Shown: positions 26,301-33,104 of the stretch, in pieces | How positions within the stretch are numbered: the first letter of the stretch is position 1 | Layout of the letters: each line of letters starts with the position of its first letter | Source: a virus | Direction: 5' to 3' (one strand) | Length of the DNA: 64,000 nucleotides | IMG/VR virus record: IMGVR_UViG_3300029922_000038 | Coordinates: 25,353 to 89,352 of that record | Translations under genes and position numbers: made by a program | Notes under the pieces: generated by a model | Told to the model about the DNA's origin: nothing | The model's database searches: none | The model's input: the letters and a program-made list of their open reading frames with translations, nothing else

Positions 26301-28558
26301 GGGTCATCTACTTTAAATGTTCCATCAGTATTCTTTTCTAAATCAGGATTCTTAGTTTCAATATCAGAAACAGATTGTGTTTTACTATCTATAAGTTCTT
26401 GAGTAGATTTTATTTGTTTTTCTAAAGAGTTTTTTATATTAAAATTAAGAGGATGGTTAGAATGACTATTATCAAACTTATCTTGTAATTCAGTTAATGT
26501 TTTATTAAGTTCTTCAATTCCACCTAAGTGTACATTTGCTTTAATGGCATCAGGATTACCACCACTATATTTAAGTATATCCGTATTAACTTCAGAGAGT
26601 TTATCTCTTAATATCTTTTGCCTAAGAGCTTCTGTAAGGGCAATATCATTATTAGGGAAAGCAGTTTTAACAGTATTATAAACAGCTTCTAAGTCTTTAG
26701 CTTTCTGTTTATATTCATCTGCTATTTCTTGTGGAGACATAGGATCTCCTGTTTGCTGATTTGTTTTAAAATCAGTAATACCTGCTTGTAAAAATTCATC
26801 TGGTTTCTTTTGCCCTTCTAAAGTAAGCTTATCTTGTAGAGACCTACCTAATCCAGCATCAAAATGAGCTTTTGCAAAATCAGCAAATTGTAATTTAGAA
26901 TATATATCATAAGCATCATAATCTGGAGAAGATACTAATTCTCCAGTTTCAGGATGTACACTTTTTTGATTTAATGCTTCATTCTTTAGATTCTCCCACA
27001 TATAATGGGTAGTAGCATCTTTTAATACTTTCTTACCTTGTTCATCTGTAACAGTAGTACCATCTTCATTTTTCTTATATATGTCTTCTCCAAAGAATTT
27101 CCCTACTTTATCTTTATAAGTATCTATTATTGCTTGATGATCAGTAGGTTCTTCATGTTCAAATGCTGCAAAAGGTAATCCTAATAAAAAACCTTGCAGC
27201 ATTGTACTTGCATATTTAGGGTCTGAAAAATGTGAAAGAAGTTGTTGAAATACTTGAGCAGTAGCACCAAGGACATCAGTTCTTTCTTCTGACCTTTCTT
27301 CAGATACATCATTAATAGCTTGTTGTACACCCATTTTAGGGACTTGTACAAGAGCATTTTTAAATAATTTACCTGTTTTAAGTGCCCCCTGTTCAAACTT
27401 ATTTACACTTTGATTAGCTACATCTTCTTCTACATCTGAACCAAGTTTTCCTTCAAGTTCAGATAATATTTGACTACTTAATTTAGGACTTTTAAATAGA
27501 GAGCCATATTGAAATTCTGCTAATGGCAGCATAGCCATATTAAGTACAAAAGACTCTTTACCCGCAGCTAATGCTTTTTCTTGTATTTGGTCATTAGATA
27601 ACTTTTGTTCATCTGGTAAACTATCATTTTTTTGTTTAAGTTGTTGTAGAACATCTATATATTCCCCTCTACCCATAAAACCAGCCATTGTATAAGCATT
27701 TATAGTAGAGGCTACATGTTTAGGTAATTGATTTAAGAATTGGGCTACACCTCTTGTAACAGGGTTTACACTTTCAGCAGAACCTTCAACAGATGATTTT
27801 AAAAGGGTAGAACCTAAATCAGAAATAGCAGATTTAGCTACCCCTGTTGACCAAACATTTACTCCTCCAGTTTCAGCGGCTTCACTTAATCCTTCTATAG
27901 CTTTTGTACCTTGTAAAGCTTTACTGCCTAAGCCTACCATACCTAATTTAGATACTAAAGCACCTGCCCCTAAACCTGTTAGCCAAGCAGAACCTATAAA
28001 AGAACCACCTTCCCCAAGTAAATCCCCAAATATAAATTTATTAGATATAAGATTATCTAAAGACATAGAGGATTCTTGTTGAGTAGTAGTAGTTTGATAA
28101 ATAGGAGTAGCATTTTCAGTTGCCTTATTTATACTTTCCCCCCATTGAACTAATGGATTATCAATTACCTTACTAAAATCCATAGTAAGTAATCCTGGAA
28201 TAGCTCCTGCAATATACCCAGCAGATTGTACTAAATTACCTGCCGTTTTACCTAATGCTCTCCCAAGACCATTTAGAGCTGCTTCTGGTGTAGTTTGATT
28301 ATTAGCTCTTGCATCATTTAAACCAGAGTTTACAAATACTCCACCAGGAAGTTTTTTAGAATAATCATTTACATCTAAATTATAAACACCTTGTTTATCA
28401 GAAACATTTGGACTTTGATTAAATAAGTCAGTTGACTTTAACAAACTTGTTAATGGTGTACCATTAGAAGTATCAGTATTTTCAGGATTTGGTTTTTCAG
28501 GATCAGTAGTTACAGGAGTTGTATCTACTGGTTTCAATAGTGAATTTATATCTGCCAT
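14366..28558 (-). CDS. Giant virion-packaged RNA polymerase polyprotein (crAss-like vRNAP) with zincin-like domain
   Basis: 4730 aa. MGSDFDIDKL catalytic motif (20558-20572) preceded by GMRIP; HEALH (18134-18148); Gly/Ala-rich hydrophobic N-terminus; last gene of the virion block. Confidence 0.9.
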   Translation of the reverse strand: MADINSLLKPVDTTPVTTDPEKPNPENTDTSNGTPLTSLLKSTDLFNQSPNVSDKQGVYNLDVNDYSKKLPGGVFVNSGLNDARANNQTTPEAALNGLGRALGKTAGNLVQSAGYIAGAIPGLLTMDFSKVIDNPLVQWGESINKATENATPIYQTTTTQQESSMSLDNLISNKFIFGDLLGEGGSFIGSAWLTGLGAGALVSKLGMVGLGSKALQGTKAIEGLSEAAETGGVNVWSTGVAKSAISDLGSTLLKSSVEGSAESVNPVTRGVAQFLNQLPKHVASTINAYTMAGFMGRGEYIDVLQQLKQKNDSLPDEQKLSNDQIQEKALAAGKESFVLNMAMLPLAEFQYGSLFKSPKLSSQILSELEGKLGSDVEEDVANQSVNKFEQGALKTGKLFKNALVQVPKMGVQQAINDVSEERSEERTDVLGATAQVFQQLLSHFSDPKYASTMLQGFLLGLPFAAFEHEEPTDHQAIIDTYKDKVGKFFGEDIYKKNEDGTTVTDEQGKKVLKDATTHYMWENLKNEALNQKSVHPETGELVSSPDYDAYDIYSKLQFADFAKAHFDAGLGRSLQDKLTLEGQKKPDEFLQAGITDFKTNQQTGDPMSPQEIADEYKQKAKDLEAVYNTVKTAFPNNDIALTEALRQKILRDKLSEVNTDILKYSGGNPDAIKANVHLGGIEELNKTLTELQDKFDNSHSNHPLNFNIKNSLEKQIKSTQELIDSKTQSVSDIETKNPDLEKNTDGTFKVDDPLAEHFTKQKAGLKAELENSLKISRDKFRDATDPETIKKNIEDTKQAIVEKNKQGVKDLKKEVKNETNKTKLVDLSNEISDEKPEVKKVITDRVEELDRKDNTKKTNKQSEIEDDTKNTGVNETEGTIGKGTPTSEEGITEADNQVGNPEGFLGDSGFIKSPVSEDKIIKGDVKNPNIEEEKVTNKNVTVGEKSQITNPITGKPLTDEEGKQVNVGAQAAFHSADFHVDTIIDTKGNEHYTIVRSFNEDGTPKIEQKYIQMSAPGSYEMGSEIELSLDTKHEDYEANKEDIYNVPIKITQEGKPDLYLHTKDWLNKNLGTSDELKDRNESIFKEHALIRDWLIKNPGKTLKSVINDKSIGYRNILEEGTTNTPTEAFGKNNLNRFEDGELAIVKANGLLQGSDKTITNQAIAGTVVMVTKTPVQDVNFGHILDIAKISNNDKSLILGAINTYLKHQGNTIINGYNVGSLKGLQDFIKQFTYVSDDFKNLKLNSQTFNISLVNDKLIINYGTSGKFVEGESYDESKYNLDQHNTSITTVLDSKTHTVKADLIDSKDEYNHSQVDENGSHIVKNYPNYMDFLLKNNILSTDLSPIIQKDGSRSYFVQPTVTFDTDILPSEIKPIEEPITTHVAGVEPTKVEETTHQFTPKRGKTNEVITTLNKTLSAESPVPSLNIKDYKLENVSLSQQSQIVDELTYHFLDQVNNKGESVADAFDNVYDIFLNSLNSKTTNDSAKPFITLALAHWDAKEDGFIGFKSLIEQNLNNFKTSIKGETLSEEERVAGINYSDGASLKINPKDSASANMRKFMYFIPEMDKEGKPVESILGTQKFQDYTALYNRVLMHLVDTPSYNILGKLQELAAKNPNLKALYDKLTGGGDIQKADIQLINEFNTNFRKKLSDYDSVLLDNKKGEMAAYIQNASKSGLTNRISERWKNQLLGSEYIKSSETGENRGGYQINTDKAKELLNSYTKLVNSATPNGYYSDEQMADIAKHFNEVGIDVTPKMLRNVSGDKENIKYNPNDDTKRPLTDKEIFSGKLIYIFQRLAGLKSDEKNTDDLFDKNNPFSTETSSLNMLARAAAKEESDNWGASYRNGEGNSVFLINKTTYQSDTLNNLQSTGRAAELEQTAFATNNPLIKSFVRDTERAKNFVIKLFDTTDMWGSKEDPITKGDMNDKVRQLTQLVLFQNQGTNYGKFTGYTLSDKSMTQSINDAKVNIDGWNFQDGKYNFPEHVIDNFYNAVAGEMYRVRQTAKQIEQAEDTTTKEEDKTFTKKQYLQNYHTGAKAGLKFFLFPSMNDSISEKPGDIGLYLKNGKINPEVFKVSPEAFDKISGKQETQVPFAHDIMNHVKDIIRTELDGMVKQTIEDWRKSGIISNNKSGIEDILGDKSYKQDVIKNSASTNIADKLQDVIKHSAVDFLVNDAINKANLLATLFNDPAQFGKKSIQETLDNFHKRAAMQIAPREVPNFGKGETRKVIYLKDFYPKFISDDLDGKVLNETLDQYKEKNAINATDAQELSTRKEYLYGQYKMGKIEPSIYNSIISKIDKSVEDGSHHIELSPEEDIHLQPNKPVDTSSDIDNGINKAIYNKTSQAVLSQDITEGHSMDALRKMMEKYDIASAIYESGAKLGMQSPISIWDEDGNIVDNLEDLIANNSVTIPREGWGIQQDMPHHDDNTIAQPTQERVNLFADLSDDFKIGDTTIGELRTPYNEAHSWLINNAHTKLNEEWGVKDGQLKDLTKLSNYLIKQGESLGWNPNELAALKINSATGKFAIDMAYSTKAEKIEPMITSLISNNLMDIQLPGHSYIQTSSVGYKRLGYQLIDPKDNSRYSEIALPWRFKDKEGNLLDYTKYINKDGTPKEGMMDDELHFHIGMRIPHLPHNSTMRFKVVRYLDPRHQDMALVPHEIVKQMGSDFDIDKLYNLTYNYDLEEDGKLSKVDSNQDTVESKQNKIIDINHKIAGSEELLNKTMSPADFSNLKTESDRIDALINKDTKQGSILYWGTTDKVFKDNKAGKDITAMAASSLRNHTLSQETSLHIAQGLEDKNGNTHDDAVLFKQDNGSIYHDNSEIRKGAYILNKTQGFNGKPISSYIGEILQSAVDQAKAQILAKAGINTFTFGVNELLNKTGFDETFTVPFLRQPSIENYISKLESLNDPTLSFEDKLTKRQLTDKTLADLKSRGVTEVKALSRQEMNDSLTNGDTKVQNQALYNFIAYDKIAGDMTTLKSAMTPASQGLGKSISDVKLANEKISSILQDGLPHINGGNEFFAKDGQRTREGNIIKTGLDAAETLGTLFPYYTKSYEGFENSFLKEVGKSNFLTSKVYDLMHTNMKASSFTKEGFISNDIEGDRKRLNVSEYTLDENGNKIYSNKSLAIRVMEARTKDPWLDRLASGIKLSKSYGNPDEINYDAAKAEDDNTSFDNSLKWYNAIHSKDPEVREIAKDLITYSYLNGGVQSRSSFVKYIPIDWAKENLISEKGKIDFNDSLAFNRVQRQVFQHNPTQATRVKQDVTQITDVKGKDGDIDSFKLKNLDSNDMVSFRRDKVNDVWQAPKYLSRYSKTSNKYRLYEDREDGVYQKINTLGTGNMYEYSFDKDVNHSLYKENNIDSYQKVENNTLPGADIPEKQPTNFKELPTAYQLGQKYHLDGGKTEDTLRAIIEDPATPAYKELASLILPKIGDMKNEFTTLKVKGSAHVGQESGDTTLKFNPLEEENEGRQQETIFHEALHGLTLKDLHDYYDGKITDIKKVTAIKSLEKLYEFVDKNQDKIQLHRGTEVGGEDNTKALLDHIFNNAHDKGSDNKQYGIGELISYGLSDPRLQRELNNLEYGGKSILQRIVDLIKTIVFPNLKEGSALSELVSNVLKLTSLDGEKEKQNIVEPEKIDTGLSQIKYALSNPSEVDRGSGNKVIELLGDKNPIISNLYGKINKTEQYKQTVLDNPNATPGEKAKIAIANWVEDNLEGRKTDFQENWNKLKEVLNKKLEDVNLTAESPSFKDENKKDKYDSITDPGIRKVLMQLENQKRTWENQKVITSNEVTAKDEALQNINVQIKKLVAKQDLQSVLSLSNDNLTKANQLINGNPTSHNLKIAKIYMGGYDSLLKSFDHSEDNPESEAVGKFLVKFSDAEKRLLSAQRIVALKEGNNTFGNIYKEDMFNADKDTGWAGSRFVNSSLSHNANERLVQRYISESTQDGENESHDIKKKLEEYNKDLTKSLGKDFHDRITRTGLDNKKELITRTGLEYYIKEKEIQDEINKGDKSKIGELSLFRLNNKYRIDINKVKNGETDDRFSEDSHARQKELLDKYEEDRTNYIKHLDNTLDIEFGETKSENEAVYLKAKTDRLKEWEHENSPFIRYSTENDIRNGEANTKALWKKGGQKYLIPEKVNDEWVESKYNALESNPKLQEYYKYLFSLREKYDPYLDMGKSMKKSDLPELARPLMKNLFDVDGVFGRLKKEAQDTLYKDAVDHTNDAIDPATNKPIARLRNGMMGDKLSQEDRLDDIPTIFKKYVEMGAAVKVKTEVEDAILNGLDVIRNQENIKGNKDLKHTIERAEYSVDAFYGNRKAEEMEGKPDENGKVFSGAKAIDALLHTTVFTRLAMNPLAAITRHTLLGITNRIHASYGTDFSTKEYRKAGLITNSVNKETRAKFNDMMQKMGTIGEFEEIGQSKAKGVMNKLMFMMKNQEIIGQGRMMVAALLHMPVSNDKGETYYIDAKGKQQFYNLWDARTSTGFKPEFSHLEDSRIMKDAALRVKKLSEIIHGNYHNAYAVLAKKNAIGRLAFTFRNWIPNTFNNRLAESYYDEDLGREFKGRWLSIRDMYRANNNSITKSMQSFFKIAKNQLLNRDTEIDGLSPVDIANMRANIKEMMLMSTMLIAFMAIKKDKDKNHPKMLTYMSNILHRNLDELSFYYNPGSFVDMSKNVIPAVQTVTNFGKIFHAVGQYASTGKDKITGGEYSGQSRIGRAVKKALPLTDQVLSTEESLTKTY

Positions 28559-28560
28559 TT

Positions 28561-30729
28561 TTATTGATTTGTGGTTAAGTACAGTTTATTTCTTACATCT
28601 GTTTGACTTAATCCATTATAAGGTACATATTTTCCATCTGAATCTTTATAAGTAACTGGTTTTCCATCACTGCCATAAAGAGTATATACTTCTTGAGTTT
28701 TTCCAGTAGGATTTTTAATCTTTGACTTATTCATATAAAATCCTTCTCCAGACATTCCATTAATATTTAGATCAAATTTTCTACTATCCCCATAGCCACC
28801 TTGACCCTGATAATCATCTTCTAATTTATCATTAATGACATTACCAAAAGCAGCATGGGAACTCATATTTAACCCTCTTTGATAATTTGCTCTTTGAGAA
28901 ACATCATCTTGCTTATAATATTTTTTCATTAAATAATTACCTACTGTTGCTTCATCTTCTGTATTCTTAGGATAAATAGGTACAGTGGCTACTGTTCTTT
29001 CATTCTTATCTTTTATAGTAAGTTGATGGGCATAGATACCATCAATAGGTTGATCTAATGCGGATACATGTAATGTACCACCTTCTTTTGGCATTTTATC
29101 ATTAACAAATTGGTCTAATTGAGTACCATCAGGAAGTATATAATTAGTAGAATTTTCAGTTACCCTTTTAGTAAGTGGTTCATTTACATCTTTATCAAAA
29201 GTAGTTCCTGTTAATACATTTGCAGTATATGCTTTTGGATTACTATTTTGTACTTCCATACCACCCTTAGATAAATAATCTTTTGTCTGTTGAACAGTTT
29301 GATTATAAAATCCAAGTAAATTAGGATTACTTTTAAATCTATCTGTCCAATTATATCCTTTATTTACAGCAGCTTCAAATTCTCCATATGTAGGTTGATT
29401 AGGATTATTACCAAAATCTCCATTTTTACTAAGAGTAAGCATAGTTTGATATGCTTTTTGTAAAGCATTTTTACCATCTGAACTGTTTGCATATTGATTG
29501 GCTGCATTTTTTAATGTAGAATTTTGAATATCTACAATATTTTGAAGTTCTTGTCTTCTTTGTCTATCTTGGGGATTACCAGATTGTCCATTATTAGTAA
29601 GAGTATTAAGATTTTTAAGCTCTTCCTGATTAGCTTTTACTCCTGCTTGAATTTGATCTCCTGTTTGAATAGAACCAGCAGTAGCTGCATTTTCATTAGG
29701 AAATATTAGATCTGGATTATCTTTTTTATCTTGTTTATTTTTTTGTGCTTCTTCCCAAGCAGGATCAAATCTCCAACTTCTTTCTACATTAGTAAATCCA
29801 TATTTATTGGATGCAAAATTAGCACCTTCATTCATTCTTCTTTGTGGGTCTAAATAATTAATAAATTGATTATCTGAAAGATTTGGATGTTTAGCTCTTA
29901 ATTCATTTGCATAATCTTCTGGTTTTTCTTTACCTGAAAGACCATTAGTAGCAATATATGATTCTAAATTAGGATATTTAGAACCTGGATTATTTAATCT
30001 TGTATCTTGATTAAGGTATGAGTTTACTTCAGGGTCAGCATTTAATGCTTTTAAAGCGGCATCTCTAATTTCAGAAGGGCTTGCAGATTCTACTGTTTTT
30101 TGAGTATATACTTGTGCCCCACTTGGAAGAGTACTTAATACTGGAATACTTTGATTTTTATCTGATTTCCAACCTTCAATTAATTTAGCTGCTTTCTCAT
30201 CAATATTAACTTCTTTTGTTGGAAGAATACCACTATATCTATTATATACACCATTAGCACCACCATCCCCAATACCTTGATAATTATGTTCTGCTTCTGC
30301 TTTTAATTTACTTCCTGTTTCTGGACTAATGTTTCCCTTAGTAACTGCATCATCAACTTCTTTATAATAAGCACTTGTAGAGGCTACATTACCTTGCATA
30401 GCTGCAAGTCTACCCATAGTCATATCTTTATGTATTCTATTGGTAATCATTGATACTTGTGGGCCTATCTTCTCATATGCTCCATTATTATCTTTAACTG
30501 TTTGTGCTAATTGGTCAGTATATCCACCTAAAATTTTATTTCTTTCAGGTATATCCTGATCTTTTGCATCTACATGTAATAGATTATCTTCATCATATAA
30601 TGCCTTATTGGCACTATATTTATCATCTAATGTTTTACCTAATACAGCAAGTTCATCAATAGGGGCAGGTATATAATTACTTTTATATTGGTTATATGTA
30701 AAATCATCAAAATTTATAGGTTGCTCCAT
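28561..30729 (-). CDS. Virion cargo/ejection protein
   Basis: 722 aa, N-terminal YIPAPIDEL; lies immediately upstream of the vRNAP as in crAss-like phages. Confidence 0.6.
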   Translation of the reverse strand: MEQPINFDDFTYNQYKSNYIPAPIDELAVLGKTLDDKYSANKALYDEDNLLHVDAKDQDIPERNKILGGYTDQLAQTVKDNNGAYEKIGPQVSMITNRIHKDMTMGRLAAMQGNVASTSAYYKEVDDAVTKGNISPETGSKLKAEAEHNYQGIGDGGANGVYNRYSGILPTKEVNIDEKAAKLIEGWKSDKNQSIPVLSTLPSGAQVYTQKTVESASPSEIRDAALKALNADPEVNSYLNQDTRLNNPGSKYPNLESYIATNGLSGKEKPEDYANELRAKHPNLSDNQFINYLDPQRRMNEGANFASNKYGFTNVERSWRFDPAWEEAQKNKQDKKDNPDLIFPNENAATAGSIQTGDQIQAGVKANQEELKNLNTLTNNGQSGNPQDRQRRQELQNIVDIQNSTLKNAANQYANSSDGKNALQKAYQTMLTLSKNGDFGNNPNQPTYGEFEAAVNKGYNWTDRFKSNPNLLGFYNQTVQQTKDYLSKGGMEVQNSNPKAYTANVLTGTTFDKDVNEPLTKRVTENSTNYILPDGTQLDQFVNDKMPKEGGTLHVSALDQPIDGIYAHQLTIKDKNERTVATVPIYPKNTEDEATVGNYLMKKYYKQDDVSQRANYQRGLNMSSHAAFGNVINDKLEDDYQGQGGYGDSRKFDLNINGMSGEGFYMNKSKIKNPTGKTQEVYTLYGSDGKPVTYKDSDGKYVPYNGLSQTDVRNKLYLTTNQ

Positions 30730-30730
30730 A

Positions 30731-33100
30731 TTAATTCAAATTTTGCGTTTGGTTAGGGTAAGCAATTTTCATTTTAGCTTTTAAAGCTGCTGATAAAGTA
30801 GGCCAAGATTTTTCAAGTCCTGTCCTATCTAATTCTCCTTCATTGTTAAATATACCAGCTACAATTAATGCTTTTTTACTATCGGCATCTATTAAATCTT
30901 GGTCATGATTTTGATTATAATATTTAGTAGCAGCGTCATCAACATTATTAGAAAGTGATTTGTTAATAGACATTAATCTTGCTGTTTTTAAATAATTATA
31001 ATCATTAGTAGTTTTATTATTACCTTGGTCTATCCCACTATTTTCAAGTACTTGTTGGTTATCTATACCATTTTTATAATTAGCAGCATTTGCATATACT
31101 TTATTCTTTTCATCTTGTGATTTAGAATATAAATCTCCAGCAGTTGCCCTATATACACTTCCTGAATTAGTTCTACCAGCAATAGCATTAAGAGTACCTC
31201 TTGCACTATTGTTAATATCATCTAATTGAGGTTGTATTTCTAATCTATTATTAAGAGCAATATGATTATTTAATACTGGATTTGCGTATTTAGGAGTATT
31301 TGCAGTTAGTATAGCATTTGTGATATTAGAAGCATAAGGAATTAATTTCTTAGCATCAAATCCATTATTAGTAGTATTTGGATTAGAAATTCCTACTGGG
31401 CCTACCATAGCAGGAGTTAATCCAGCTAAAGAGGGATTTTGATTTCCAAGAGGATTAGTATCTACAGGTCTTACAGGAGACCAACTATTATATCTATTCT
31501 GTGTATCAATTGGATTAACTTCTGGATATATATTACCATTAGTTATATTATTTGCATATATAGAGGGAGTATCAGCATTAATAGGTTGACCAGTTCTTGT
31601 ATCTAAAGTATTACTATTAGTACTAATTGTTTGAGCAGGGCCAACATACCCATTCATTGATAAATCTGTTAAATCTGGTTGGCTGTTAGGTAATACTGGA
31701 GACCAAGTAGTTCCACCATCATCAAATTTACCTACATACCCACCTTCAGCAAATTTTCTATTTGCAAATTGTTGTCTTTTATTCTGATCAGATTTAAGAT
31801 TAGATTCTATCTCTTTTCTTTTAATAAGGTCAGCACCTATATATTTACTTCTCATATGGGCAGGTATAATAGTATTACCTTTTTGAGCAATAGTATTACC
31901 TTGTGGGTTCATAGAACCATCATTAGGATGTTTAGGTTTATTACTAAAATCAGTTATCATTCTACCACCTTTAGTTTCAAGTTCATTCTTTTCTACATTA
32001 ATAGTAGTATTTGGGGATACTTGCCCCCCATTAGCAAATTTATTGCCATATGCAGGAGGAGGAAGATTTTGAAGAGTATTTTGAGGTTGCATAGCTTTTA
32101 ATTTCTCTTGCTGAACATCATAATCATTTTTACCTTTAAAAAAGCCACCTATACCACCTACAAGAGCACCACCAATAGCACCTATGGGGACAGATAATCC
32201 AGCAGTTAATGGAGCAAGTGCTAATCCAGCAGTAACCCCTGTAGCAGCACCTGAAAGTGCTCCAGTAGCTGCATCTGCTCCTTCTATACTACCACCATCA
32301 TCAAATTTATAAACCTTACCTCCTTGAGCAAATAAAGGGTTAGTTTGAGGTAATCTATATGCCATAGCTGCTTGAGGAGACATTACACCAGCTTTTTTTA
32401 ATCTATTAGCTCCTTGTTCAGCTATTACATTCATAGAATTACCTATTTGAATAGGGGTATTAGGAAGATAAGGTTTAGATAGAGAAATATTAGACATTGG
32501 TTGTACATTACCACCATCTGCCCTAATCATATTTTCTTCAGGGTTAGGGAAAGTTATAGATGGCCCATTTAATCTATTATTTTCATACCAAGGAGCTTGT
32601 TTACCAAAAGATCCTGGATTAGAAGACATTGGTATAGGAGTACTTGCATTATAGTCAGGAGTATATTTAACAAAATTATCACCATCCCAATGACCTTTTG
32701 GTAAATCCTTAACCATATTTGCATATTGGCTTTCGTTACTAAAAGTTTCATGGTTAGGCTTCTTAAAAGTATCTGGAAAATGTCCATTTCCACCATCCCT
32801 ATTAATACCTGCTAAGAAAGCACCTTTATAATCATAATCATAACCATTACCCTCTTTATCAAAATCACTAACTCCATTTTTATTTAACCAATTCTGATAA
32901 GTATCATGATATTTTTCGTCTAATGGGGTATCAAATGTTTGAGTAGGAAGGTTTTTTAAATCTTTTAATGATGTAATAACACCACCATCTGCAAATAGTC
33001 TTTGTTTCTTAGGTTTACCAGCAGCAAAAGGTTGATTACCAAAGAAGTTCTGGTCTACTACTCCACCAGCATCATATTTTTTTAGTTTTTTTAGTTTCAT
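30731..33100 (-). CDS. Virion cargo/ejection protein with repeated (F/Y)xxGG motifs
   Basis: 789 aa; Gly-zipper hydrophobic segment; eight FxxGG-type motifs; located between the muzzle and vRNAP genes. Confidence 0.65.
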   Translation of the reverse strand: MKLKKLKKYDAGGVVDQNFFGNQPFAAGKPKKQRLFADGGVITSLKDLKNLPTQTFDTPLDEKYHDTYQNWLNKNGVSDFDKEGNGYDYDYKGAFLAGINRDGGNGHFPDTFKKPNHETFSNESQYANMVKDLPKGHWDGDNFVKYTPDYNASTPIPMSSNPGSFGKQAPWYENNRLNGPSITFPNPEENMIRADGGNVQPMSNISLSKPYLPNTPIQIGNSMNVIAEQGANRLKKAGVMSPQAAMAYRLPQTNPLFAQGGKVYKFDDGGSIEGADAATGALSGAATGVTAGLALAPLTAGLSVPIGAIGGALVGGIGGFFKGKNDYDVQQEKLKAMQPQNTLQNLPPPAYGNKFANGGQVSPNTTINVEKNELETKGGRMITDFSNKPKHPNDGSMNPQGNTIAQKGNTIIPAHMRSKYIGADLIKRKEIESNLKSDQNKRQQFANRKFAEGGYVGKFDDGGTTWSPVLPNSQPDLTDLSMNGYVGPAQTISTNSNTLDTRTGQPINADTPSIYANNITNGNIYPEVNPIDTQNRYNSWSPVRPVDTNPLGNQNPSLAGLTPAMVGPVGISNPNTTNNGFDAKKLIPYASNITNAILTANTPKYANPVLNNHIALNNRLEIQPQLDDINNSARGTLNAIAGRTNSGSVYRATAGDLYSKSQDEKNKVYANAANYKNGIDNQQVLENSGIDQGNNKTTNDYNYLKTARLMSINKSLSNNVDDAATKYYNQNHDQDLIDADSKKALIVAGIFNNEGELDRTGLEKSWPTLSAALKAKMKIAYPNQTQNLN

Positions 33101-33104
33101 AAGA

